Of a stretch of 64,000 bases of DNA, positions 1 to 13,647 are shown one piece after another; position 1 is the first letter of the stretch; each line of letters opens with the position of its first letter. The translations under genes were made by a program, and so were the position numbers. The notes below the pieces were generated by a model. It did not search any database, was not told where the DNA came from, and saw only the letters and a program-made list of their open reading frames with translations. The DNA lies in NCBI RefSeq assembly GCF_009914755.1, contig NC_060931.1; one strand, given 5' to 3'. The stretch is from the human T2T-CHM13v2.0 reference genome, Homo sapiens.

Positions 1-407
1 TCTCATCCTACCTCAGGAGTTAATAACAACAACTGCACCACTAACATGATACTGTACCATCCAAAACTGTAAACAAGCCTACAGTGCCTTTGTCTGAGCA
101 CAGATGACATCGAAGCTCTGAGGTCAAATCCACTTGTCCGAGCACATAAGCCCTTTCTCATATCTCAGCTCTCCTCTTCCTCCTCTACCCCAAGATACTC
201 TCCACTCAGACTCTCCCCAGCACAATCAATCTTCATGGAGTCAGGGAGGCAACATCTGAACAGCTTTCCTCACCCATGAATGGCATAGGCCAGGAAAGCC
301 AAGGGGAGGTGTTGCCGGTGGGCACCTCATATCTTTCTGCCCTTAGGCCAGACAGGCTGCACAGCACACCTCCCAAAGATGAGCCACACAACGTTCCAAG
401 TCTATGA

Positions 408-441
408 GCACACATACATACACACACACACACACACACAC
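408..441. repeat. (CA)n microsatellite
   Basis: CA run seen directly. Confidence 0.95.
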
Positions 442-924
442 TCCTCCAGGGCTGGACATCCTTAAGACACTAACGAATGCGTGAGCCAGCAACAGTCACA
501 CACAGCGGTGTCCACTGCCTGTCTGCCCAGGAGGTGCAGCATTGGCTGTTTAGAAAGTATTATATTCCAAAGAACTTGTGCAAATCCTTTGCTTCGATTT
601 GCTAGAACAGAAAAGAAGGTAAATCAATGGAGACTATGGACATCCAAATTTTACCTATCTTCTCCTATCTGTCTCTCTTTCTTCCCAAAAGTCACAAGTT
701 TCAAAGGGACTGAATGGTTAATAATCCCTAGCATATGAGTCCAGGTTTCAGGGGGACTGACCCATAGCATGCTGGCACTCCTCAAACCCAGTTGGCGCTC
801 TCTAAGGAGGAAGGGTGCTGCAGCCCTGGGCCCAGGAAGAGGCTGGCAGTCCTGCTCTGAGAACAATGAAACATGAAGAGCTGAAATGGTGCTGAGGGAG
901 AGGCCGCTGCCAGGCTTCATGGCT

Positions 925-1070
925 ATAGGGGTGGGCTGTCATCCTGAGCAAGCTGCTCAACCTCTCTGACACTCAGTGTCCTCCTCTTCAAGAAAGTGAC
1001 AGTAACAGCACCTATGTACAGGTCTACTAGGGGGATGAGGAACATAATACAGGAAAAGCTCTCCATGTCA
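925..1070 (+). mobile_element. MIR fragment
   Basis: Degenerate MIR core (ctgtcatcctgagcaag...aacctctctgacactcagtgtcctcctct). Confidence 0.55.
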
Positions 1071-1245
1071 CAGGTGACCCATGACTCCACAAGACAGGTC
1101 ATCTGTACCCTACTTGAGGCACCATCAATGACCATGCACTTAAATATCGCAACAACATTAAGCTGCTATGAAAGTCTGCAGATGCTCACTCCTAGTGGTG
1201 CACTCATCTTACTGCAGACCAGTCCACGGACCACACCTGGACTAG

Positions 1246-1950
<705 letters not shown>

Positions 1951-2779
1951 TGATAACTGCCAGTCCACCTGCTAGGACCTAGGACGGAGCCTGCCACCGC
2001 ACTCACTTCCTCTTGGGATACTCACACCCTCCCAAGAACCTTACTCGTTCCTGCCATTCACAGTTCCTGGAAAACCCTTCCCACCCTTTCCCCACTTCTG
2101 GCTCAGACTCACAACTGTCATCAGGGCCCCTGGGATCTTTTCCAGGGATATCTGAGGTGCATGTGACTGGGTCAGGAGTGTGCACTGGGCTGTGTGACCG
2201 CGGGGTCCAGATGTGGGGTTAACCGCTCCATCAGCTGCCCTTGGTCACCATGTTGCTATCTTGTGTCCCACGTGCCTCACTGTTAAAATGGGAAGAGCAC
2301 CCTCACCCCGCACGCTGAGATGAGGAGTGAGTGCGGTGGGATACACGCACCGCGCAGGCTGCTGCTCTGAAGCGGCCCCCTCCACCGGCTCCCTCCGGCG
2401 CTGCCCTGGGCCACCCTCCCCTCCTCTGGGGCTCCCTGGCAGATCTGTCTCCTCTCTGAGACTGGAGCCTCTGGAGGACGCTCACCCTTTATCCTCTTCT
2501 GGGCAGGCAGCACCCTCAGCACTAATACGCCAAAGAAAAGTAAGTGAGGGAACTTCAACTACCGCGCCTGGCATCTCCTTCCTATCTGAGCAGGAGCCTC
2601 ACAGCCCGTGCTCTCCACTCTGTGACGGGGAACTGCCTGGGCCCCCATCACCTGTACCTCAGCGCGGAACTCACAACACAGTGGCACTGCCCCTTCCTTC
2701 ACAGCCGTACTGTGGGTGGCAAGGCCAAGCCCTTGTCTCTCAGGCCTGGGCCGTGTCCTACCAGCCGTCCCTGCCGGGC

Positions 2780-3170
2780 CCCACCCTCTCTTCTTTCCTC
2801 CGGGACTTCCCTCACACCTGAGTGTCGGTCTAATATTCGAAGAACAATCTTCCTCTGTAAGCAAGCTGCTCCTCTGCTTAAGGCCTCTGACCAATCCCCC
2901 AGCTCTTCCAGAGAAAATCCAAACCCCCACATTGCCTGCCCACCGCTACGTGGTTCCAAGCCACAGATTCCAGCGCAGATCCAGGCATCTAAGCCATCTG
3001 CTGTCCTCAGTGTCCCCTCCAGTGGACTGCAGGTTCCTCCACTCTGTGGGTCCCACTGTGCTGGGAACCCCTGTGCATTCCTCCATCCTTGGGCTTCCAC
3101 TCCTGGCAGTCAGTCCATGCCTGCCTCTCTGCCCAGCCACATTTTACATTTTATCTAGTTTTCAACCCCC
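2780..3170 (+). mobile_element. L2 fragment
   Basis: L2-like ctcctctgcttaaggcctct...gagaaaatccaaac; degenerate. Confidence 0.45.
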
Positions 3171-3541
3171 AGCTCAAAACCTGGTAGCTTTGCCTCTCCC
3201 AGCTTCAAAGAGGCATGGCTCCTGAACAGTCAGAGCCAGGGGCCTCTCCCCTGGTTGGCTCTGACAGGTCTTCAGTGTCGTGGCCCTCCCCGAGGGCAGC
3301 CGCCGAGCTGCATGTCTCCACAGCCTGGCCCCATCCTAGGAGGTGCTTACAAACTAGGTGAAGACTGCTGGGCTAACAAGGGCAAAGGCCTGGCCTCCCT
3401 CCCAGCATAATAAATTTGGAGGGGGTCACATAAATAAAGCAATGATGCCATCATTTCCTAGCAGTTAAGTTTTGTAAGAAATTCTACTGCTAAAGTAAAT
3501 TGATAAGACCATTAATTTTTTTCCTAAAGATTCACAATTCT

Positions 3542-3993
<452 letters not shown>

Positions 3994-4521
3994 ATTCACA
4001 ATTCTGGTAATAATTGTGCTTTGAAAATACTGGAACTTAACTGAGATCAGTTTTACTCGCTGATAATAAATTACCATTTTTAAAGATGACGCTATACAGG
4101 GCACCAAGCACTGTTATCAGAGAGTGTTACAGACGCCTCACCCCTCACCCCCAACCAAACGGCTGTGGTGACTCAGTTTTTGGCATGTGCTAAATCACCA
4201 GCTCAGTCTTCCCAACGCAATGCTGCAACTATGACAACAATACCCCACTCACAGGGCTGCCGGCTCAGAAACAAGCTACTGTTTTATCACTGCAATAGAA
4301 ACCTGCACTTCACAAATTAGAATGTTTTAAAATACAATACATTAATGTTTCCCCGAGCCTCATGACAAAGTTAACACAATAGATCATACTTTCAGATTTA
4401 TGCTTTTACATTCGGATGCAGAGATAGACACAAATGCTTTATACCCTTTTATAAAATCTGGGGACACAAAACCTAATCGAATGTGGACAGGAAAGCCCAT
4501 CATCCAAAATCAACAATCCCG

Positions 4522-4645
4522 GGCCGGGCGTGGTGGCTCACACCTGTAATCCCAGCCCTCTGGGAGGCCAAGGCGGCCAGATTGCCTGACTCAGGAGCTC
4601 AAGACCAGCAAAACCCATCTCTACAAACAAACAAAAATACAAAAC
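4522..4645 (+). mobile_element. Alu left monomer / FLAM
   Basis: ggccgggcgtggtggctcacacc start; TSD-like aaaatcaacaatcc / aaaaccagcaatcc. Confidence 0.85.
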
Positions 4646-6996
4646 CAGCAATCCAGTCTCTGTGCGCACCTGACTTGACCATGCATGCAGAGACGGCCAC
4701 TGGAGGTGAGAGGTGACAGGGTGACATCCCCAGCCCTCCCGGATGGAGGGAGCCACAGAAACAGAGGCATCACTTGTCATTACTTTCCTCTAGCAAAAAC
4801 AGACTCATTCCACAAGGAAGTGTGTCAAAGCAACTGGTGTTCATGAGCACCTATTTATTTATATGAAGTTAATGTGCCTGGGAGAGGGATTTTACCAAGC
4901 TCTTAGATGTTACATGTGACAAACACAGACATGTATCAAAATTCAGCTTATCTGCTGACCCAACTCCAAACAGGGAAGGTACAAATGTATACTGATCCGT
5001 TCTGTATGGATCCTTTCCTTATACTTTTCCCAGTGGGTCTACAGACTGGCTGAGTATTTTATCCAATATCCAAACATCATTTTTAAAGGTGGTCACCCAA
5101 TGCTGTTATTTTTCTCTGAGTGGTCTGCAGAGCCACCGACAGAACATATGGGACAGGCTGCTGACTGCATGCACACCAACACTAAACTCAGACATTTATT
5201 TTTATATTATTTTTAATGGGTAAAGGGTATCATGGAATAACGCTGGCGGCACCTTGAAGTTCAGAGGAAGTCCCCAGACACTAATGCTCCCCCAAAACCA
5301 CTCACTGGTCCAACAGTCAGGAGACCAGAATCCAGTCCCATGTTGTCGCCAGCACCAAGGTCAGCTTGGAAAGTGATGGTGTGAGAGAGGCAGCCACACC
5401 TGCATGATGGAGGAATCGTGGTCTCGCCCTCACAACATCCAAGAACTGCTAGGAGAGCAAAACAAAGGGCAAAACACAATGACCTCTATTTAGAAGTGGG
5501 GAGGCAGAGGTCACAGGCAGGTCCAGCCTTCTAACAAAGCTCTTCCAGTGGGATGGGAGTCACCATTCATTCTCCCCACAGTCCCCAACCCACCCTGTCC
5601 AGCCCATGACTTCCTCATCGGTGTGACCCACCTGGTCCTGGTACAAACCTGTGTTTACAACATCCACTGAAAAACAATTTGTGAATACAAGCTATGATTT
5701 GTATTGTATTTCTAGTGCTATTTTTCTGTTCTAAACCAACAGATCCCTTCTGATCATTAGAATCATTAGTTTCCTATCAAGGTGGCATTGGCCGCATTTC
5801 TACCATAAGAAAACAAATGGTAGCAGTAATATTTCCTACTGGAAAGGCAGTGCAAGTCTTTGTAAAAACAGGTGTCAGGACAGAGTTTCACATCTATTAT
5901 ATGTTCTTGGACCAGAATGATGGAATACTGGCAGAAAAACAATAATGGGAAAATAACAATATTTTATAATGAAAAATAATTGGAAAAAAAAAATAGGAAC
6001 TGTCCTGTGACAGGCCCTCCACTGATGCTGTTACTCCTGGTCTCTAATCATCTCATAAAACCCTGCAATCCAGTCATCTCCGCCTTAGTCATGAGGGATG
6101 AGGAGGCTAAACAGTCCCTCGAAGTGACAAAGCTTTCAGGGGAGGGCGGATGTGTGGGCCTTGTCCTTCCACTCACGTTCTGTAGGTTGACACCCTCACC
6201 AAGAAGTTACCAGAGAGCTGCAAACCAGCCGTGCTCCCCAGAGCATAGCCCCCGCCCCTCCAAATGCCAGCACCACTAGGTAATACAAGGGCCAGTCCCT
6301 ATGTCACTGTGACACAACAAAGAGGGACATAAGCTGAGCCTTGTGGAAAATCTGTTTCAATTATATGTCACTTTCACTTGTTTAAAATAAACAAGAACAC
6401 CTTTTCATGACAATAAATATTTAGCATTATAAAAACACCGCCCTAAGTAAAAAATGTTACACAAATGAAGTGCATCCCCTTCCTAGGCACATGGGTAAAT
6501 CATGAAAGCCAGCCCAGCGTAAACACAAGCCATGCTTTACTTCCCATCAGGCTCTGCAGCCAGTCTTATCCCTGACTGTAAGAATACTATATAATTTTTA
6601 ACTCAGAAAATGAAAAGTAAACATCAAGAAAACATTTCTAACATATAATTTTCCTCTGAGGTTGCTGTCTAGATACCTCATCTACAAAGCAATATTTTCC
6701 ACAGATCAACAGTTAAAATAAAGAGACAAAAGGTATAATCTTCCAACTTGGTGCATGTCATTTAGAACAATCAGTTCTAACAGAAGGAGGATTCTGCACA
6801 GGTTAAGTGAAACATCATAAGGAGGATAAATTACTTTTGTGAAAGTGACTAAAACTAAGTTAAAAACAAAAAATAGATTGAGGGACATTCTGCTTGCATA
6901 GGCCCCAGGAGAGCCAAGAACACCAGCTCATTCACAGCACTAAAAAGCCCCTAAACCAGGTACCAGGTATGCGCTTAAAACATTGTACTCGATGAT

Positions 6997-7300
6997 GGCT
7001 GGGCGTGGTGGCTCATGCCTGTAATCCCAGCCCTTTGGGAGGCCAAGGCAGGTGGATCACTTGAGGTCAGGAGTTCGAGACCAGCCCGGCCAACATGGTG
7101 AAGACCCGTCTCTACTAAAATACAAAAAAAATTGGCCAGCCGTGGTGACACGTGCCTGTAATCCCAGCTACTCAGGAGGCTGAGGCAGAAGAATTGCTTG
7201 AACCCAGGAGATAGAGGTTGCAGTGAGCTGAGATCGCATCACTGCACTCCAGCCCAGGCGACAGAGCAGCAAGACTCTGTCTTGGGGCGGGGGTGGGGGC
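6997..7300 (+). mobile_element. AluS with a G-rich tail
   Basis: Full dimer; TSD aaacattgtact(c/t)gatga at 6978 and 7301. Confidence 0.95.
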
Positions 7301-8291
7301 AAACATTGTACTTGATGAATGAAGATGGCCCTTGCTTCCCGAGTGTCTTGAGGTGTGAGCTGTAATGCAGATGAGTGGGGCCCCAGGAACACAGTGACAC
7401 TAGGCACCATGAACCTAGAGGCGGCTTGGAAGTGCCACACACCAGGGCTATTTTCTCTCCGTGCTCAGTTCATCCCTGCTGGAGGGTGCTGGCCTCTAGA
7501 AGCCCCGATACTGACTAGCACACCCAGGCCAACAGGGCCCACTCACCTGCAGAGAAGAGGCCCTAAAAGCATCACCCAGCTCATTACTGAGGCTCTTGCA
7601 GCTTGGAGCAAGGGCTGTATAAAGTTACCCAAAGAAAACACAATTAGCGAATTTGTGGGTCTGGGTTCTGTGTAGCTTCTACTTTGAAGGAAGCTCGTTT
7701 ATTGAACAGAGCAGAGCTCTGTGTTTTCATTAAATGTATCAGCCCAAGACACTGAGCTGGGCCAACATCCAGTACAAAAGGGAAGGCTTTTCAATGTTTA
7801 TTAATTCATCAGCCAGTATCAGGCAGAACATCTTGCTTTGAGGAAGGGGAGTCTGGATTCGACTCCTTACACTAATTCATAACTGCTCTGTGCTCAGCAA
7901 GAGCTGAGTTTGGTCCTCTCCTATCACACACCACGTATTTCTTTGAAAAAGTAAAATCCCACGTAGGAGTCTCAGGAATCGCACATCCTAGAAAAGCATG
8001 AGTTCTGTCACAATCAAACAGGTAATCATGAGGCTCCTATACCAGGAATAAGTCGTAAGAATGTCTGCAGGCACACTGGCTTTTCATGGCAAAATGCTGC
8101 TGAGACACTCCAGGGCTTCAGAAATAGAGCAGAGCAACATCCTCCTTCATCCTGCAGGGAGCTAGAGCAGTAGCTTTCATAAAGCAGCTTTGGAAATGAG
8201 CTCCGTGCTTCAATGTGGCCTAGCAGAGTGGCCAACGATGAGGACGTGGACACTGACGAGAGACGTCAGAGTCACATGGCAATCTCACCTA

Positions 8292-8659
<368 letters not shown>

Positions 8660-10479
8660 CTACCAACATCAGAGGGCCCTGATGGGAGAGCCAGACCTCC
8701 CACGCACAAGGAGCAGGTTCTGGCCATCTCCTATCTCTGTCAGCTAGACAATGGCAACAGGCAAGTGGCTCTAATGCCAAAATAAGGCAAGTCCTTGCAA
8801 AGAACATTTTTTGGGTCCTCCTTTAGAAAAATCTATCATTCTAAAAATGTGAAACATGATGGTAAGCAAAAAGAAATGGACAAATAATAAGGAAATATTC
8901 CAAACTGACATATTTTTCAGTTTAGTCTAGCTTCCAAACTAGTTTTCCTTACTTTTCTGTTGACTGTGAAATTCACAAATTAACTGCATTCAGAACACAG
9001 TCTTTGATTATGGCTTGTGCTGTTGAAACCAATCAAATATTTCTGAGAAGTGGTAAAGTGTAGCGATTTAGAGCGTTGTCACAGCATGAAAAACATTCAG
9101 ACTTCATCACCCCAATTCCCACTTTTTAAATCCAATTGGGTGGCTTGGCTCTTGTGAGAGATCTGCAATTCACTCTTCCTACGTGTGATGTTGTCAGAGC
9201 ACAGATAACCATTATCACGTAATAAGTGGTTTAGGCAGGAGCAGGAGGAAGGAAGTTTTCAGTTCCACCCAAAACCAATTCTACCTGGTAGCTATAGACA
9301 ACAAGACAGATGGATAGGTGGGCGGACGGGAAAGCCTGGCAAGGACCTGCCCTGCATGGCAAATGTTTAGACTCTGGCTGCTGTCGATCAGTCTCCCTCC
9401 AGCCTAACAGTTTGTGCATTGAACACTAGTGGATTTTGCACTTAATTAAGAGGGTTCTAGCCAACCAAACTGTATTTACAGACTAAAAAATTAGCCACAT
9501 GAACAAAAGTATACACTTCGGCTGCATTAACACTCCTACCCAAGACTATTTTTAAATACAACTCCCAAGCCATTAAGTTTGAAAACCGCCAGAACTGATT
9601 TGGTAATCTGCTGCTTTGCCAAGTGCTGGAAGTTAGCTTTAACTTCACGCCCACTCTCACACAGACAGACAGACAGACACACACTCACACATACATTCAC
9701 ACAAACAGCTGGTTTTCCCTTATGTTCCTTAGCCTTAGTTTGTTACTTACTTAACTGCTCAAGCCATCCACATGTAATTGCAAAGTTAATCCATTTGGTA
9801 TTTCTCCTCTTCCAGCTCTATGAGTCCTTAAGCCACGCAGAGCACTTAGCAGAGCACTTATGATAAGACAACGCTTTGCCAATGCTCCTCATTCTAACAA
9901 GGAGTCTCTCCAACTTGCCTACCTCCTCCAAACCAGCAGGAAGCTCTGACTTTCCCAGGTGCAACTACCCTAATTGGGGGCTGGGGGATCCTCTTTCCCC
10001 AACTCCTCCAGGATGGTGCCCACTATGAATAAGTGGAAGCGGCTGGCTGTAGCATGGACAAGGAGAACAGAGACATCATAAAAAGCAAAGGACGTCAGCA
10101 CCCCGATGTGTTGCAGATGCAAAGTCCTGTTTACCACTGGCCTTTAAGATTACAGTCTAAACGTCACTTCCTCCCCTTAGATGTCTGGAAAGCATAGGCT
10201 TTGTAGGTCAGAGCTCTATATAACGTGGGTGTGTGTCACAGCAAACTAAGGACATGTTTTTCAGAAAGGCCAGAAACTGTCAGGGGCACCCCTTCCCAAG
10301 ACCCTGGCAAGGGGCAGAGGAGCCACATACCCATCTGCACACTTTAACACCTACGTTCCCCCGGCCCTCACAGGAGTCATAAATGCAATCACAACGGCTA
10401 AGATCTCTGATCCCCCCTGCCTCCAAGCTGTCCTTTTAAGGACGATGTGATTATGGTTGGGCCAAGGGGACATGAGCAA

Positions 10480-10730
10480 AGGGATTTGTATGGCTGGCAG
10501 GTGGAGCACGAAAGGACGGGGTGCATCTCCCCCTCCTCAGGCCAGGCTGGAACAGATGGAGACTGCACACCAGCCACAGCTGAGCACCAAATAAAAATCA
10601 GCAGGTCTCTGGGAACGCTGCACCCCAACACCAGCCCAGGACTCCCGAGGTGGGCTTTTAGATAGGAGAGAGAATTATCTCCTCTTTAAGCCACTGTCAC
10701 TTTATGTTCCTCAAAATAAGACCTCTTAAC
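10480..10730 (+). mobile_element. old MLT1 (MaLR) LTR fragment
   Basis: MLT1-like 3' part ending tttaagccactg; degenerate. Confidence 0.4.
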
Positions 10731-11337
10731 ACCTCCCAAATCTGCACTGAACTAGGCTGCATGGCTGGCAAGCTGAGTCCAAGCACATCAGTTCCAAATA
10801 TGTTAGTGCCAGTTGATCGGTCTGTTCTCATACAGGCTGGCAAAAACAAGATTTAAGCAGCAATTTAAGAAACAGTTTTTTTGAAAGAGGACTCTAGAAT
10901 ATTCTGGGAACACTGAATCATATGATTTTAGAGCTCACATGAGTCTTAAGATCATGTTATCTAACTCCCTCCACCAGCAAGAAGGAAGCAGGGGTTGTTC
11001 TGTGCATCACAGGCCACAAACCGATGACATAAAAGCTTACAAAGTAATAGTCCTGGCTCCAAGGAGCTGCTCAGAATTCAGTGGGTCAGAGGGGCAAGTA
11101 AAGGGACAATCATAATCCCATAGGAGGTTTTCGGACAGGGGAGGGCGTGGGGTGTGAGAGGGATACTCTCAGAAGGCCTCCTGGGGGAGCCCCAGCTGCA
11201 GCTTAAACAACAGGCATTCTGAGAAAGGGGCAAGAAAGCTCTCCAGGCCAAGGTGAGAGAGAAAGCCTGAGACCCCAGGTGAGGCCTGGGAAGCTGCGGT
11301 GGCAAACAAAGAGTGGCAAATCCAAAGGCTGGAGCCT

Positions 11338-11475
11338 CGCTGTCCACTGGAACTAGCCGCACACAGCTATGTAAGTTTAAATGGATTAAAATTTTAAAAG
11401 GTGAAAGACTCAGCTCCTAGTTGCAATAATCACCAGTCAAGTGTTCAGAAGCACCTGTGTCTGGCAGCACTGGCA
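11338..11475. mobile_element. MER3/MER33-like hAT-Charlie element
   Basis: gctgtcca...tagccgcacacagctat...tcagctcctagttgca...caagtgttca resembles MER3/MER33. Confidence 0.6.
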
Positions 11476-11903
11476 GAGAACACTGGCACCTGGCAGAAGC
11501 ATCATCAGACAGCCCTGGGCTGAAAAAGTCTGGAGAGGCCCCATCAGGATGGGCCTGCAGGCTGCGTGGAGAAGGAGCAATTTCACCTTGGACAACTGGC
11601 ACCAGGGTCCAAAGCTTCTTGTTCCTGAGACAATTTTCTTTCCACTAATCCTCCCGCTGTCTGCCTTTGATAGAAGAAAGTCAATAGGATTAACAAATAA
11701 GCAGAGGGCATTCTGAATCAGGGAAGGATGCCCTGTCTGGCCCTCGGCAGCCTCTGTCTGGAGAGAGGTGGGAGCATCTCTAAGGCAATGGCTCCCCATG
11801 GGGATTCAGGTTCTTGGGCAGTGAATGCTAGAGGAGCACCTGGAAGACAAGAGATGGGATCGACCAGCCAGGACGCGTGACTTACCTGGTTTATCTTTGG
11901 AGG

Positions 11904-12211
11904 GTTGTTTTTGTTTTGTTTGGTTTGGTTTTTTTGAGACAGAGTCTCTTTCTGTCATCAGGTGGAGTGCAGTGGCACAATCTCGGCTCACTGTAACCTC
12001 TGCCTCCCGGTTCAAGCGATTCTCCTGCCTCAGCCTCCCAAGTAGCTGGGACTACAGGCATGTGCCACCAGCCCAGCTAATTTTTGTATTTTTAGTAGAG
12101 ATGGGGTTTCACCATCTTGGCCAGGATGGTCTCGATCTCTTGACCTCGTGATCAACCCACCTCGGCCTCCCAAAGTGCTGGGATTACAGGCGTAAGCCAC
12201 TGAGCCCGGCC
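11904..12211 (-). mobile_element. AluSc-like
   Basis: Reverse dimer with caggatggtctcgatctcttgacctcgtg. Confidence 0.95.
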
Positions 12212-13297
12212 GGTTGTATTTTTTTTTTTTTTAAGGGATAAGGACTTTATTGGTTTCTCTAAATCAATTGATGTCCTTTTTACAGGCATCACTTGGTGTG
12301 GTGCAGGTGGGAACTGGATCTACAAAAGTATTTGTACAAAAGTATTTGTGGTCTGGGAATCTGTCTAACCAAATGTATCCAAGAAAAATATACTCTGGCA
12401 GTTGCTTAAAAAGCTTTTTCTCTTTTTTAATAGAAATGTTTTTAGCTGGGGGATTACTCTAATTGGACTTGGCCTGTAGAAGACAATGCCCTGGCAGGGA
12501 GCAGCTCGCCACCTGATGAGGAGAGCAGAGGGAAGCGTGCTAACACCCCAAGAGGCCACAGGGTTTCTCCCTGCTGGGGAAAGCCATCCTTCTCTGGAGG
12601 GGCTGGCTCAGAAGCACAGGGATGGCCCTGAGATAGGCAGCAGAAAATACACACACTGTTGGAAACCCATTGTCTATTGTCGCACCAGAGGAGACAGCAA
12701 ACTCTAGTCTAGAATAAATAGCACTAGGTCTTGAAAGTATTGACCATCCTTAGCTTTGCAAGAAGCAACTAGAATCATATAAAGTATACAAGAGGAAAAA
12801 AGTTTTAATTCTATTCCAGGAAGAGACAGATGAAAAATAAGGAATTATGGAACCCTGAAAGAAAAGTGACGTAGGCTTCCCATCAATTCAGAAGCAGAAA
12901 GCCAGGGAGTGGCCCTGAAAAATCCAGAAACACTCAAGTGACAAGGTGGAAGCGAGAAAGCAAAGTATAAAATGGGGGAGATGGAAACTAAAATTTACAA
13001 CTCAAATAAATGAAAATCATAAAAGTGTAAAAAGGCATATTATCAATACATCTCTATGTAGTAATATAAACCAATAACTACAGTATTTTAAATAAAGAAA
13101 AAGTACAAAGATGAAGATATGTAAAAGCTTTCAGTGGGTCATGAAATACCAACTTTTTTTCAGCTATAGTATAAGGTAACTGAAAAAAAAAACCACACAA
13201 TTAAAATTAACCAACGCATAAAACCTTCATAATTAAATGTGGATGGGGAGAGAATGAAGGAATGTACGAAAACACCATATAATAAATACAGGACCTC

Positions 13298-13647
<350 letters not shown>

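Noticed and set aside
2327-3225. Cluster of 120-204 aa ORFs
   Set aside because: GC-rich and L2-derived sequence, open in several frames, no recognisable protein.
9837-12348. Short tandem duplications (gcagagcactta x2 at 9837; tacaaaagtatttg x2 at 12321; similar ones near 57990 and 63270)
   Set aside because: Ordinary slippage duplications with no supporting context.
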